Below, piece after piece: positions 37,686-46,988 of a stretch of DNA of 64,000 bases. The notes beneath the pieces were generated by a model. It was given only the letters and a program-made list of their open reading frames with translations, did no database searches and had not been told where the DNA came from. Every line of letters starts with the position of its first letter. The stretch's first letter is position 1. The position numbers and the translations under genes were made by a program. Origin of the DNA: Pseudomonadota bacterium (GTDB lineage Bacteria > Bdellovibrionota > Bdellovibrionia > Bdellovibrionales > JACTMU01); assembly GCA_014584465.1 (NCBI GenBank), contig JACTMU010000079.1, positions 8,065 through 72,064 on the forward strand, written 5' to 3'.

Positions 37686-38702
37686 TCATAATATCTCTAA
37701 ATCACCGTGCAATGCCCCAACTGCCTTTAAATTTTGAAGAATTACAATCAGGTCTTTAGGTGAGACGCCAAGTTGATTCATGGCTTTCACAAGCGTACCC
37801 ACACTTACGTCTCCCTCAATGATCGCAACACGGTCTTGAGTCTGGCCCTTCTCTTTGCCTTTCGTCTGGCCCTCAACCCGAACCGACAGATCTCCGTGGC
37901 TGATGGCCACACGACTGACCCGCACTCTCTCTCCAATCACAACTGTTCCTGTCTTCTCATTGACCACAACTTTAGCTCGAAAATCAGGTTGAACCTCAAT
38001 CGTTTCAATTGCTGCCAGAAGATCCACTCCTTTGCCCTCATAAGTTGAAGGCACTACAACATCAATCGTTGCAGCATCACCCGCAGTTGCATACTTTCCA
38101 CCCAAATCCAGATTCACCTGCTTGGCCACACGGGCTGCAGTGGTGAAATCTGGATTGTGCAGGGTCAATCGATACATCTCGCGTTGGGCAAATCCTTGCC
38201 CTACATCTCTTTCTATGATCGCTCCGTTGGAGATTCTTCCAACCGTTGGATGTGAAGACTCGCCACCAACCAGAATCGCCCCCTGAGCCACAGCATAGAT
38301 CTGTTGATCGGCCGCACGAAGCGGAGTTTGCACGAGAGTTCCACCCATCAAACTTGTTGCATCTCCAATGGAGTTGACCGTGATGTCCAGCGGATTTCCA
38401 GAGCGAGCAAATGGCGGAAGGTTTGCCGTAATCAAAACCGCAGCCACATTCTTACTTGAAGCCTCTTTCCCTCCAAGCTTCATTCCTAGTTGATCCAGCA
38501 TTCGAACCATGCTCTTGTTGGTAAACTCGAGTTTGCTATCTCCAGTCCCCTTCAAACCCACAACCAACCCATAACCGATGAGTTGATTTTCTCGAACGCC
38601 ACGAATGCTTGCAATGTCTTTGAGTCGAGCAGCTTGACTCAAAGATGACATGATGATGGCAAGGATCGATATCAGAGTTTGAAGAATCAAGAACTCTCTC
38701 AT
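37686..38702 (-). CDS. flgI: Flagellar P-ring protein FlgI
   Basis: RLKDIASIRGVRENQLIGYGLVVGLKGTGD and the C-terminal LKAVGALHGDLEIL. Confidence 0.95.
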   Translation of the reverse strand: MREFLILQTLISILAIIMSSLSQAARLKDIASIRGVRENQLIGYGLVVGLKGTGDSKLEFTNKSMVRMLDQLGMKLGGKEASSKNVAAVLITANLPPFARSGNPLDITVNSIGDATSLMGGTLVQTPLRAADQQIYAVAQGAILVGGESSHPTVGRISNGAIIERDVGQGFAQREMYRLTLHNPDFTTAARVAKQVNLDLGGKYATAGDAATIDVVVPSTYEGKGVDLLAAIETIEVQPDFRAKVVVNEKTGTVVIGERVRVSRVAISHGDLSVRVEGQTKGKEKGQTQDRVAIIEGDVSVGTLVKAMNQLGVSPKDLIVILQNLKAVGALHGDLEIL

Positions 38703-39499
38703 TGTCGAATGTTTCTCCTTAAGCTTACAACATCAAAAGAAGGCTCCAACAGTTGCGATGCGCTAACGCCTTCGATACTAAAATCCTCAGATCGAACAAT
38801 GCCAGAGACCATCACTTTGTATTCACGATTTCCAATCATAAATGACTCTGAACCTCGTATCTTGTAATTGCCGTCGGACATTCTTTCGATGATCTTCGAT
38901 GGAACAGATTCCACTTCAAACTCGCTCTTCTCAACCTCGTGGCTCATCTCTTCTTGCTGAGCTCGTGCATTCTTCTCCTCTTCGGAAGGCTCCTTCTTCT
39001 CCTCAGCTTCAGATTTTGAACCCTTCTCCTTCTTTCCGGAATCCTTCTTCTTTTTGTCCTTCTCCGAAGCACTTGCAAGTGATCTCACAGGAGGTGGAGG
39101 CTGATAGAGGCGTTTAAGAAGTTTTTTGATCACCGCAACTTTCGTCTCAACCTGTTTTCGTGGAGCCCCCTCCAGTCGCACGTTGATGGAGTCCCCAACC
39201 ATTCTCATGATGTTTTCTGAAAAAAGATAGGCACCTTGACCCTCCATCACCCAAAGCGAACCTGATTGACTGTCAAGATGAGCCTCTCTTTCTAGCCTTT
39301 CTCGATTCATTCGACCATAGTTCCGTTTGACGGGCGTGCCCACATTCCTTTGTTGTGAGTACTTCACCTCCTGCCTATTTTCCGTTGGAGCAGGGTCACT
39401 TCCTGACAACCAGCTCTTCATCTTTTGGCCAAAACTGCCACAACCTGATTGAACAATGAGAATAAGAAAGAGAATGATGTGGGTAATCCACCATCTCAT
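38699..39499 (-). CDS. flgH: Flagellar L-ring lipoprotein FlgH, with a Lys/Glu-rich insertion
   Basis: Lipobox IVQSGC, GSLW...LFSENIMRMVGDSINV, and C-terminal GNREYKVMVSGIVR. The insertion spans roughly residues 133-195. Confidence 0.85.
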   Translation of the reverse strand: MRWWITHIILFLILIVQSGCGSFGQKMKSWLSGSDPAPTENRQEVKYSQQRNVGTPVKRNYGRMNRERLEREAHLDSQSGSLWVMEGQGAYLFSENIMRMVGDSINVRLEGAPRKQVETKVAVIKKLLKRLYQPPPPVRSLASASEKDKKKKDSGKKEKGSKSEAEEKKEPSEEEKNARAQQEEMSHEVEKSEFEVESVPSKIIERMSDGNYKIRGSESFMIGNREYKVMVSGIVRSEDFSIEGVSASQLLEPSFDVVSLRRNIRQ

Positions 39500-40452
39500 T
39501 GTTGAACCCTCACCACTCCCTCTTGAATGAGCTCTCCGGAGAAGATCCTCTTCGTTGCGGGGTTCATAACTCGTACGACGTCACCAATGAACCCCCCATC
39601 CATCGCGATGGCTGTAATGGTGACCTGCCAGTTCTCTTCGCCCAGAAGTGCTCGGACTGATTGATTTCTTTGGGTCCCGCGAATTCGTTCCAGATGACGA
39701 CTCCACAAAATCTGATTGGCCACCAGATTCTGCTTTGCTTCTCGCTTGATCCACTCATCCTCTTTGGGAACTCCCTCCAAACTGAAGGTGACATCTCGCT
39801 CCTCCCACTTCACATCCCCTGTTTGAAACTTCTGAGATGCTGCCACAGAACGAGTCAATACTGCCACCTTGAGATATGTTCGCATCTCTCCTGTAACTTT
39901 TGCATTGGCCTCTCCACTTGGTCCTACCAGATGATAGATAAAATTTCCCTTTGGAAGTTGCACAATGCGGGGCAAACGATAAGCTGAAAGATCTGTGGTC
40001 AGTGCCACACCGACGATTTTGACATTGGACACCACAAACCTACACTCTGGGCAGATCTGTTTTGCCCGTTCCTGAAGCTGGTCCACTAAGCCTGACACTT
40101 CAAACTGCTGTTCACGAACCAGGATACGAACGCGAGAGGGAATCTTTAGTTCAACTCTCTTCTTTGTAAATTTAGGGATCTCTCGTCTCAGTGTTTCAGA
40201 GAGAACCAGATTGGAAAGTACCTTGGACTCACCTCCGTTAAACCCTTCAAGAACCAAGATGTTTTTGATCTGATTTCGTTCGACCAATGACAATCCATCA
40301 ACTTTGGCCATCGCTCCGAGCAGGAGAGGAGTCCCAGGGGTTGCATAGACCTCGGACTGAATTTCAATGGTTGGCAGATTGGATTCTGCTCCCGCTTTAA
40401 GAGCCGCAAAGAGCAAAATGGTTAGAACTGCTGCTCTCATCTCTTTCATCAC
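39496..40452 (-). CDS. flgA: Flagellar P-ring assembly chaperone FlgA
   Basis: Signal peptide, C-terminal G.IGDVVRVMNPATKRIFSGELIQEGVVRV, and a position between flgG and flgH. Confidence 0.8.
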   Translation of the reverse strand: MMKEMRAAVLTILLFAALKAGAESNLPTIEIQSEVYATPGTPLLLGAMAKVDGLSLVERNQIKNILVLEGFNGGESKVLSNLVLSETLRREIPKFTKKRVELKIPSRVRILVREQQFEVSGLVDQLQERAKQICPECRFVVSNVKIVGVALTTDLSAYRLPRIVQLPKGNFIYHLVGPSGEANAKVTGEMRTYLKVAVLTRSVAASQKFQTGDVKWEERDVTFSLEGVPKEDEWIKREAKQNLVANQILWSRHLERIRGTQRNQSVRALLGEENWQVTITAIAMDGGFIGDVVRVMNPATKRIFSGELIQEGVVRVQQ

Positions 40453-41234
40453 CTCAGGTTGTTCACATTCTGTAACATCTGATCAGCTGCTTGAATGACT
40501 TTGGAATTTGTTTCATAGGCACGCTGAGCTGTGATCATGTTGACCATCTCATCTACGATGTTGACATTGCTCATTTCAAGTTGACCCTGTGCTAAATAAC
40601 CCATTCCATTACTTCCGGGAACACCTTGAGTTGGAAGTCCACTTGCTGTGGTCGGAAGAAAAAGATTCTTTCCAACAGGTTTAAGACCTGCAGGATTCAC
40701 AAAATTGACGATTTCAATCTGACCGATGGTCTGCGGCATTGTATTGGACCCCGTGGTTACGGACACCTCTCCTCCCGGAGAGATGGAGATGCCTGTTGCT
40801 CCCACTGGAATGACAATCTCTGGTTGCATTGGATTTCCATTTCCATCGACAATCCTGCCATTAGGATCCTTCTTAAAGGATCCACTTCGCGTGTAGGCAA
40901 TTTGAAGATCTGGCGTTTGAACAGGAAAGAAACCGTTGCCCTCAATCATAAGATCCAAAGGAGCCTTGGTCTCTTTGGGTGAGCCAATCGAAAAGTCCTG
41001 TTGAATCGCGCTGGTGCGAACCCCTAGGCCCGTTTGAACTCCCGTTGGAGTGATGGTGTTTTCTCCGGTCCGGGCTCCGGGTTCTTTGATGGTCTGATAG
41101 AGTAGATCTTCAAATTCGGCTCTGGCTTTCTTGAATCCGCCGGTCGAGACGTTTGCCATGTTGTTGGCGATGACATCCATGTTGGCCTGTTGTGCCTGCA
41201 TTCCCGTGGCGGCTGTGTTCAGCGACTTAATCAT
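40449..41234 (-). CDS. flgG: Flagellar distal rod protein FlgG
   Basis: N-terminus MIKSLNTAATGMQAQQANMDVIANNMANVSTGGFK and C-terminus MSNVNIVDEMVNMITAQRAYE. Confidence 0.93.
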   Translation of the reverse strand: MIKSLNTAATGMQAQQANMDVIANNMANVSTGGFKKARAEFEDLLYQTIKEPGARTGENTITPTGVQTGLGVRTSAIQQDFSIGSPKETKAPLDLMIEGNGFFPVQTPDLQIAYTRSGSFKKDPNGRIVDGNGNPMQPEIVIPVGATGISISPGGEVSVTTGSNTMPQTIGQIEIVNFVNPAGLKPVGKNLFLPTTASGLPTQGVPGSNGMGYLAQGQLEMSNVNIVDEMVNMITAQRAYETNSKVIQAADQMLQNVNNLR

Positions 41235-41245
41235 ACACTCTCATC

Positions 41246-42058
41246 CTAACCGAGGACTGGCACCTCGTTCACAAGCTTCTCATCGATCTGGTCATACGCC
41301 TTAATGGCCTTCTGGTTGGCTTCAAACGCGCGTGAGGCCTCAATCATTTCGGTCATCTCTTGAATCACGTTCACATTGCTTGTTTCCAAGTAACCTTGAT
41401 GAACTTGATTGTCGTTGGAAACGACCATCTCTGCCCCTATGTCTTCTCTCAAACCATAGAGAGACTGGCCAATCTTTCGAAGTGCATCCTTTCCCGATGC
41501 TTCCACCAAACTTAACTTCCCAATCCGATCGGGACCGCGGAAGATCTCTCCATTGGGCGTTATCGTTAAATTGATGGAATCAACTTTGATTGCACGACTT
41601 GAAGGATCTGCCTGTGCCGATCCATCGGCCAAAACAAGAAAGCCGCCCTTTGTGATCAGCCTCCCTTCGGTGTCAATCGTCAAGGCTCCGTTGCGAGTGT
41701 AACGCACTCCCTGTGGAGTGAGCACCTCAAAGAACCCCTTCCCCTCGATTGCGATGTCAAGTGAGTTCCCCGTCGCCTTCAGACCTCCTTGGGTAAAATC
41801 AGTCGCCGTTCCATTCAGATCCACATAGCCTCGATCTCCGCCTTGCAAATCATAAAAGCTCTCTAGGGAAGCCGTGACTCTGGGAACCACGATCACCTCT
41901 GGAGCCTTCTCTGCAGCGGTGAGATACTCACGAAAAAGCTGCTTGTCTTTCTTAAATCCAGGAGTGTTGACATTGGCAATGTTATTGGCAATCGTATCAA
42001 GACGAGTGTTTTGGGCCATTGCCCCACTCAGAGCTGAATAAATTCCTTTGCTACTCAT
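41246..42058 (-). CDS. flgF: Flagellar proximal rod protein FlgF
   Basis: Rod-protein N-terminus (SGAMAQNTRLDTIANNIANVNTPGFK) and C-terminus (TSNVNVIQEMTEMIEASRAFE), directly upstream of flgG. Confidence 0.85.
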   Translation of the reverse strand: MSSKGIYSALSGAMAQNTRLDTIANNIANVNTPGFKKDKQLFREYLTAAEKAPEVIVVPRVTASLESFYDLQGGDRGYVDLNGTATDFTQGGLKATGNSLDIAIEGKGFFEVLTPQGVRYTRNGALTIDTEGRLITKGGFLVLADGSAQADPSSRAIKVDSINLTITPNGEIFRGPDRIGKLSLVEASGKDALRKIGQSLYGLREDIGAEMVVSNDNQVHQGYLETSNVNVIQEMTEMIEASRAFEANQKAIKAYDQIDEKLVNEVPVLG

Positions 42059-42079
42059 ATTCCCTCCAACCTAGGATAA

Positions 42080-42094
42080 GCAATCCCCGTGCCA
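42080..42094 (-). promoter_or_regulatory. Sigma-54 promoter of the flgF-flgG-flgA-flgH-flgI operon
   Basis: The minus strand reads TGGCACGGGGATTGC, an exact TGGCACG-N4-TTGC match. It lies 22-36 nt upstream of the flgF ATG, with the SD GGAGGGA in between. Confidence 0.65.
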
Positions 42095-42224
42095 CCCATT
42101 CTCAGTACATTTTTGATGTAGGTGAGGTCTATTTCTCTATAGAGGTCGAGAATTTGATGTCAGCAAAATGGCAATGCGCCAAAAACTCCACAGGACTCAA
42201 AATAAAGTTTCGCGTAGAATTCCA

Positions 42225-43577
42225 CTACTTCCCATCGACGGGAAACTCGACGGCCATCAATGCCTTGCGAAAGGTCCCAACGGTGTGATCCTTTGTGTAT
42301 CGGAACTGTCGTACGAACTGATTGAACCCCGCCTTCTCCGGCTCTGCAAAGGTCGTAAATTTGACCAGATCGTGAGCCACAATGAAGAGTGCCGCAAGAG
42401 GTGCAATGTGATGCCCCGTAAGCCCCTTTGGAAACCCTGTACCATCAGGTCTTTCATGATGCTGAGACACAATCAGATCCACATCAGGAGGAACCTCTTT
42501 CATGTTGCGAATCATGGTCGCCGCGGCCAGGGGATGACCCTTGAACGTCTCCACATCTTCATTTGAAAGAGTCGCTGATTTTTGTTGCAGCTCCTCCAAA
42601 GTATCAATCTCAGAGAGCATGCCACCTCGCAGATGAATGTCATGAAAAAAGGCTGCCAGTGACAGTTTATAAAATGTGGATTCTGAGGGCCACTCAAGCT
42701 TCGCGGCCAAAGCACATGCCACGTGCGCTGTCGCAATGGAATGAAACGAAAAATAGGACCCCGCCTGATCCCGAATCATCGAATAGATCTCCTTCAATTG
42801 AGGGTCTTTACCTACACTCTGAACGGTCATATCCACTGCAGCTTTCGCAATCTTTTGAACCTCTGGACTAAAGCCTAGCTGAGAATGAAGTTCTGAAACC
42901 ACTTCGGTGATCGCCGCGGCCGTGATTGCCCGCTCAAACCGTGACCCCTTCTCGGTTAAGACCATCGCAGTGATCTTCTCTTGAAATTGTCCGATAAATC
43001 CGGCAACTTCCTCCATCTTCAGATAGAAGTAGTCGATCTTCTTTCTCCCCTGATACTTATCAAGATCTTCCTGCCCAAAAACTCGACCTTTTCGAAACAT
43101 CTTGACATATTTGATCTGAGAAAGTCGGATGTAGACGTCGGCTTCCAAAGGGATCACCTTCAAAAGAAGCTCCGTCTTGATCCGGCAAAATGAGTCATCA
43201 CTTTGTCGATCCTCGATAGCTCCTGATTCAATCGACCTCTCAATGAGATCCACAATCTCCCCAAGTTCTTTAAAAGAGGTGACCTCTCCAAGTTTGACGA
43301 GGTCAGGAAAGGCCTGAGAACCACTTGCAGCCTTTCCTTGCCCTAGGACGAGTATGTACGGAATCTTGCCTTCGACCGAGAGAAGGTACTTGAGAAGTTT
43401 GGTTCCATCAATCCCCTCCTGACAGAGGATCAACTGGACGGCGTTGTCTTCTAGAAGATGATCGACTGCTTGCACATAGTTTGTAACCCAATGCACTTTG
43501 CCATGAAATTTTCCTTCCAAGTTAAAGCGCGCCATCTCCCAAAGTTCAAACTTATCATGCAAAACCAATATTTCCAT
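42225..43577 (-). CDS. HD-GYP domain c-di-GMP phosphodiesterase with a degenerate receiver-like N-terminus
   Basis: Contains AAFFHDIHL, KGHP and HHERPDGTGFPKGL (HD-GYP signature). Confidence 0.85.
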   Translation of the reverse strand: MEILVLHDKFELWEMARFNLEGKFHGKVHWVTNYVQAVDHLLEDNAVQLILCQEGIDGTKLLKYLLSVEGKIPYILVLGQGKAASGSQAFPDLVKLGEVTSFKELGEIVDLIERSIESGAIEDRQSDDSFCRIKTELLLKVIPLEADVYIRLSQIKYVKMFRKGRVFGQEDLDKYQGRKKIDYFYLKMEEVAGFIGQFQEKITAMVLTEKGSRFERAITAAAITEVVSELHSQLGFSPEVQKIAKAAVDMTVQSVGKDPQLKEIYSMIRDQAGSYFSFHSIATAHVACALAAKLEWPSESTFYKLSLAAFFHDIHLRGGMLSEIDTLEELQQKSATLSNEDVETFKGHPLAAATMIRNMKEVPPDVDLIVSQHHERPDGTGFPKGLTGHHIAPLAALFIVAHDLVKFTTFAEPEKAGFNQFVRQFRYTKDHTVGTFRKALMAVEFPVDGK

Positions 43578-43710
43578 TTAAGTCCATTATTTAGTAATCT
43601 TATCTGTGACGTCTAGAGAAAATATTGATAGACTCAACAGCTGGGCAGAAGTCTATGAGAGGTCAAGACATGGACCACCAAAAGAAAAGTAAAAAGGCGG
43701 ATGCAACTGT

Positions 43711-44472
43711 ATGAAGTGGTTTACAAATGTCAAGCGAGTTGTACTTTCGCTCAGGCGCCGACGAAGTAAGATGGACAAAGATCAAAGACGGACGCCGCGA
43801 ATTCAGATCAAGGCGCTTCGTAAGATCTTCTTTCGCCCACAAGATCCCTCTTTGGGGAAAAAGATGATCGTGTTGAATGTCTCGACCACAGGGATTGGCT
43901 TAAAACCGCCGTCCTCGTTTGCTCTGATCGAAGAGGGAGAAGAGATTGTTGGGACGTTGGAGAGTCGAAACAAGAAGATCAATGTGACCTTACTTCCTGT
44001 GCATAAATCTGCTCACTTTATTGGATGTGCATTTGTCAAGCCTTCAATCGAATTGCAAAATTGGATCTCTCTCTACTTCGATGTGGAACTTGCGGCCATG
44101 AAGCTTGTGGGAATATCACCGTCCCATCTTTCACAGAAATCCACTCCAGGTGAGGAGGTGAGGTGGTTCTTTGGTAAAGAAAATTGTGAACTCTACTATG
44201 TTCATAGACAAAACGCCCTTAACCACTTTCATCTCTCATTTTTTGGAAACTATTTTGAGGGAGGAGCCAACCTTCCCGTACGATTCGGATATCTCATCGA
44301 AGATCTTGAAATTCAACGCTTTAAAAGATCATCGATGATTCGACTTATGACCAAGATCCCTCCGGATCTCTTGAACAAGGCCATTCATTTTGTGGAAGCC
44401 ATTGAGGACCTTGATCCTCACATCCGAGGAGAGATTGTTCGGCATCTCAAAAGTTTACCTGGAGAACTCTAA
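43711..44472 (+). CDS. PilZ domain protein
   Basis: QRRTPRIQI (RxxxR) followed by LNVSTTGIGL. Confidence 0.7.
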   Translation: MKWFTNVKRVVLSLRRRRSKMDKDQRRTPRIQIKALRKIFFRPQDPSLGKKMIVLNVSTTGIGLKPPSSFALIEEGEEIVGTLESRNKKINVTLLPVHKSAHFIGCAFVKPSIELQNWISLYFDVELAAMKLVGISPSHLSQKSTPGEEVRWFFGKENCELYYVHRQNALNHFHLSFFGNYFEGGANLPVRFGYLIEDLEIQRFKRSSMIRLMTKIPPDLLNKAIHFVEAIEDLDPHIRGEIVRHLKSLPGEL

Positions 44473-44474
44473 CA

Positions 44475-44650
44475 GTGATGGACCGAAAGGAATTTGACGT
44501 CCTGGAGGATTTCAGAAGATGACCTGGCTTAAGGGTTTGATGCTTCTTCATGGAGTCGGAGTTGGTGGGGGAAGTTTGGTCTATGCCAACACACTGATGA
44601 CTCCAAAGGAGGAGATCTTTCAGACCTCAATTTGGAGTCTTTGGAGGCGT
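44475..44650 (+). pseudogene. Remnant of a GMC-family (cholesterol-oxidase-like) FAD oxidoreductase gene
   Basis: Two frames carry fragments: ...KEFDVLEDFRR* and then TWLKGLMLLHGVGVGGGSLVYANTLMTPKEEIF. The second is a signature stretch from the interior of GMC oxidoreductases. There is no N-terminal FAD motif and no downstream continuation. Confidence 0.4.
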
Positions 44651-44799
44651 GCTCTCCAAAACGGTGGAGGCGACATCCCTTGCTCATTTCCCATTGCCCA
44701 AGAGTCCACAAGGATTTTCTTTGAATGTCCTTGGCGAGGTTCTGGCGAAGATAGTGTTTGGATCTTTCCCAGCTTGACAAAGCCGCATTGCTTTTCACA

Positions 44800-44839
44800 A
44801 AATAGTGCCTGGTGCGAAATAGTGCCTGGCGCGAAATAG
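44800..44839. repeat. 17-bp tandem repeat, about 2.3 copies
   Basis: AAATAGTGCCTGGTGCG / AAATAGTGCCTGGCGCG / AAATAG, located just upstream of the start at 44872. Confidence 0.85.
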
Positions 44840-44871
44840 ACGTGTCTTTTTCTCTTGAGGAGCTCAATCCT

Positions 44872-46050
44872 ATGAATCCCATCCTTTCTCAGCTCTTGAT
44901 TTTCTCATTTTTCACTACCCTTGCTGTGCACCAAGTTTGTGTTGCAGAACAGCTGATCGAAGAGCACATCAAAGGGACCTCTAAGGCCTCTCAACCTGCC
45001 GCCGCAAAACAGGAGATTTTGGATGAGGCGGTCGAAAGAGTCGCTCACACCTACTTCACCAAATTCCTCGGCGAGGAGAAGGTGAAAAAGAATCGAACTC
45101 TCATAAAAACCCGAATCCTCAGTCAATCTGGAAAATTCATTCCCTACATTAAATCGAGTGACTTGAGTAAGAATGGGAATCTCTTTGAAATGGAGGTTCA
45201 CCTTCAAGTTTCAACGAAGAATCTCAAAGAACTTTTGCTGAACCTTGGCCTGCTTTACGAAAGTGATGGCCCGATCCGCATTCTCCCACTTGTCTCCTTT
45301 TTTGATCGACGCAGATTGACCAACCTCCAGTGGTGGTCAACACCAGCCTCCGTGGTCGATTCAAGTCTCAGGCAGATCAACCTCTTACTCGATGATGAAT
45401 TGGAGACTCGATTTCGAAAAGAGAGTTTTTTTGTATTCCAGCCTTTCGAAAACAGGTTGGGAGATCTTTTGCCACCTCCATTTAAGGGCGGCGGACTGAG
45501 TGAAGGGGACGCCAGCTTCGCCACTCACTATTTTGAGGCTCACGTTGGCCTTGTGGGGAAAGTTGTGCTGGAACCAGACCCCGATCTTGTTGGGCAGAAT
45601 CTTGTGATCCTACAGATCGAGGCACGCCACAGTAGAAACGGTCGAGTCCTAGGACAAGTTTTCCGAAAGGAGTCCTTTGCACACTCCCACAATGAGGAGA
45701 TTCGTCGAGAAGATATGACCAACTATTTCAAAGAGGTCGCCGAAGGACTGGCAACTCAAGTGCTCCAATCTTGGAAGAGTGGAACCTTCGAATCAATTCC
45801 TTTACGACTCACCCTGCGCGGTCCTGCGACCTTTTCTCGAACTCAAAACTTCAAGTCCGAGCTCTCCAATCTGCCACAGATCAAAGCCATTCGGGAGCGC
45901 CGTCTCTCCGCTAAGGAACGCGTCTATGAGGTGGACTCGTCAGTTGAAAGCACTCTACTGAAGGATCTCCTCACTCAAGTTCGATTCGATGGATTCACCG
46001 TAAGAGCTTTGGAAACCTCTTCCGACTCTTTGATCCTCGAACTCTACTAA
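44872..46050 (+). CDS. Hypothetical secreted protein
   Basis: The start is taken at MNPILSQLLIFSFFTTLAVHQVCVA (signal-like). The ORF is 392 aa. I recognise no family for it. Confidence 0.55.
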   Translation: MNPILSQLLIFSFFTTLAVHQVCVAEQLIEEHIKGTSKASQPAAAKQEILDEAVERVAHTYFTKFLGEEKVKKNRTLIKTRILSQSGKFIPYIKSSDLSKNGNLFEMEVHLQVSTKNLKELLLNLGLLYESDGPIRILPLVSFFDRRRLTNLQWWSTPASVVDSSLRQINLLLDDELETRFRKESFFVFQPFENRLGDLLPPPFKGGGLSEGDASFATHYFEAHVGLVGKVVLEPDPDLVGQNLVILQIEARHSRNGRVLGQVFRKESFAHSHNEEIRREDMTNYFKEVAEGLATQVLQSWKSGTFESIPLRLTLRGPATFSRTQNFKSELSNLPQIKAIRERRLSAKERVYEVDSSVESTLLKDLLTQVRFDGFTVRALETSSDSLILELY

Positions 46051-46988
46051 TAGAGTTCGACGCGATCATTTTCTTTGAAGGCCGATCCTGAATGCACAAC
46101 CGCAATGGCACCGTCTTGACCAAAATAGGAGATCACTTCGAGAGTTCCCTTCATTCGACCCGGAACCTCTCCGATCAAGAGACCTGTCTCAGGATCGAAG
46201 ACCTCTTCGGACTCTTCGGTCACCTTGAGAAGGTCTCCCACCTGAATTCCCGAAAGTCTACCTGCATTGATGTAGATCTTTTCTCCGCTGACCAGTGCGA
46301 CTCGACCCTCCCAAGAGAGTTTCTCGACGACACGGACAATGTGTGGGACCATCTGTGCAAAGGCTTTCGTCACAACCTGATCCACCAACTGCGGCTCCTC
46401 TTGAAGAACAATTTGATCTAAATCGTGATCGCCAATCCTGACTGTGCTTGACTCTTCTGTGGCCGAACGGTCTTGATTGAGGACCTCCTTGCCATTTTTG
46501 GTCGAAAAGAGGCGAATTCGAACGGTGGTTTGAACTCCCACTTTGATGTTCCTGAATATTCCTACCGGATCCCCAAGTTTTCGAACACTGATCTCCTGAA
46601 CTCTTCCTTCAAGAACAGCTGCAACACCCATTCCGGCTGCAATCTTTGCTATGGATTCAAGATCATATTCTTGATTTGAAACATATTTAGACAAATCTTT
46701 GGGAAAGTCACTGTTTCGAACAATGACAAATTGGCCTGTCCGATGTATGGAGCGAACGACACTCATTCGGGCGACATCGGCTACCTTCTGAGAACGTTTC
46801 ACGTCTGAATTGAGAAAGGGGAGCACCATGATCCTCTTTCTCAGCTGATTGGTGGATCTGGCCTGAAAAGGAATGTCTCGCACTTCGCCCTCAGGACGCT
46901 TCCCTCGACTGAAGAGACTGCACGAAGTGGCGGTAAGTGCCAGTAAAATAGAAAGACCGACTTTCAATCTCATACTAGAAAGTTTCAC
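46047..46988 (-). CDS. Lipoprotein of unknown function
   Basis: Lipobox LALTATSC. The central RIMVLPFLN...GMGVAAVLEGRV stretch resembles periplasmic CsgG/LpoB-like lipoproteins, but only weakly. Its start overlaps the 3' end (stop region) of pilQ. Confidence 0.55.
   Translation of the reverse strand: MKLSSMRLKVGLSILLALTATSCSLFSRGKRPEGEVRDIPFQARSTNQLRKRIMVLPFLNSDVKRSQKVADVARMSVVRSIHRTGQFVIVRNSDFPKDLSKYVSNQEYDLESIAKIAAGMGVAAVLEGRVQEISVRKLGDPVGIFRNIKVGVQTTVRIRLFSTKNGKEVLNQDRSATEESSTVRIGDHDLDQIVLQEEPQLVDQVVTKAFAQMVPHIVRVVEKLSWEGRVALVSGEKIYINAGRLSGIQVGDLLKVTEESEEVFDPETGLLIGEVPGRMKGTLEVISYFGQDGAIAVVHSGSAFKENDRVELY

Noticed and set aside
44519-44882. ORFs 44519..44839 (+) and 44529..44882 (-) as intact genes
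   Set aside because: The two ORFs overlap each other on opposite strands. The plus-strand ORF has only a short internal GMC-oxidoreductase-like stretch and then runs into a tandem repeat, so it is treated as a pseudogene remnant.
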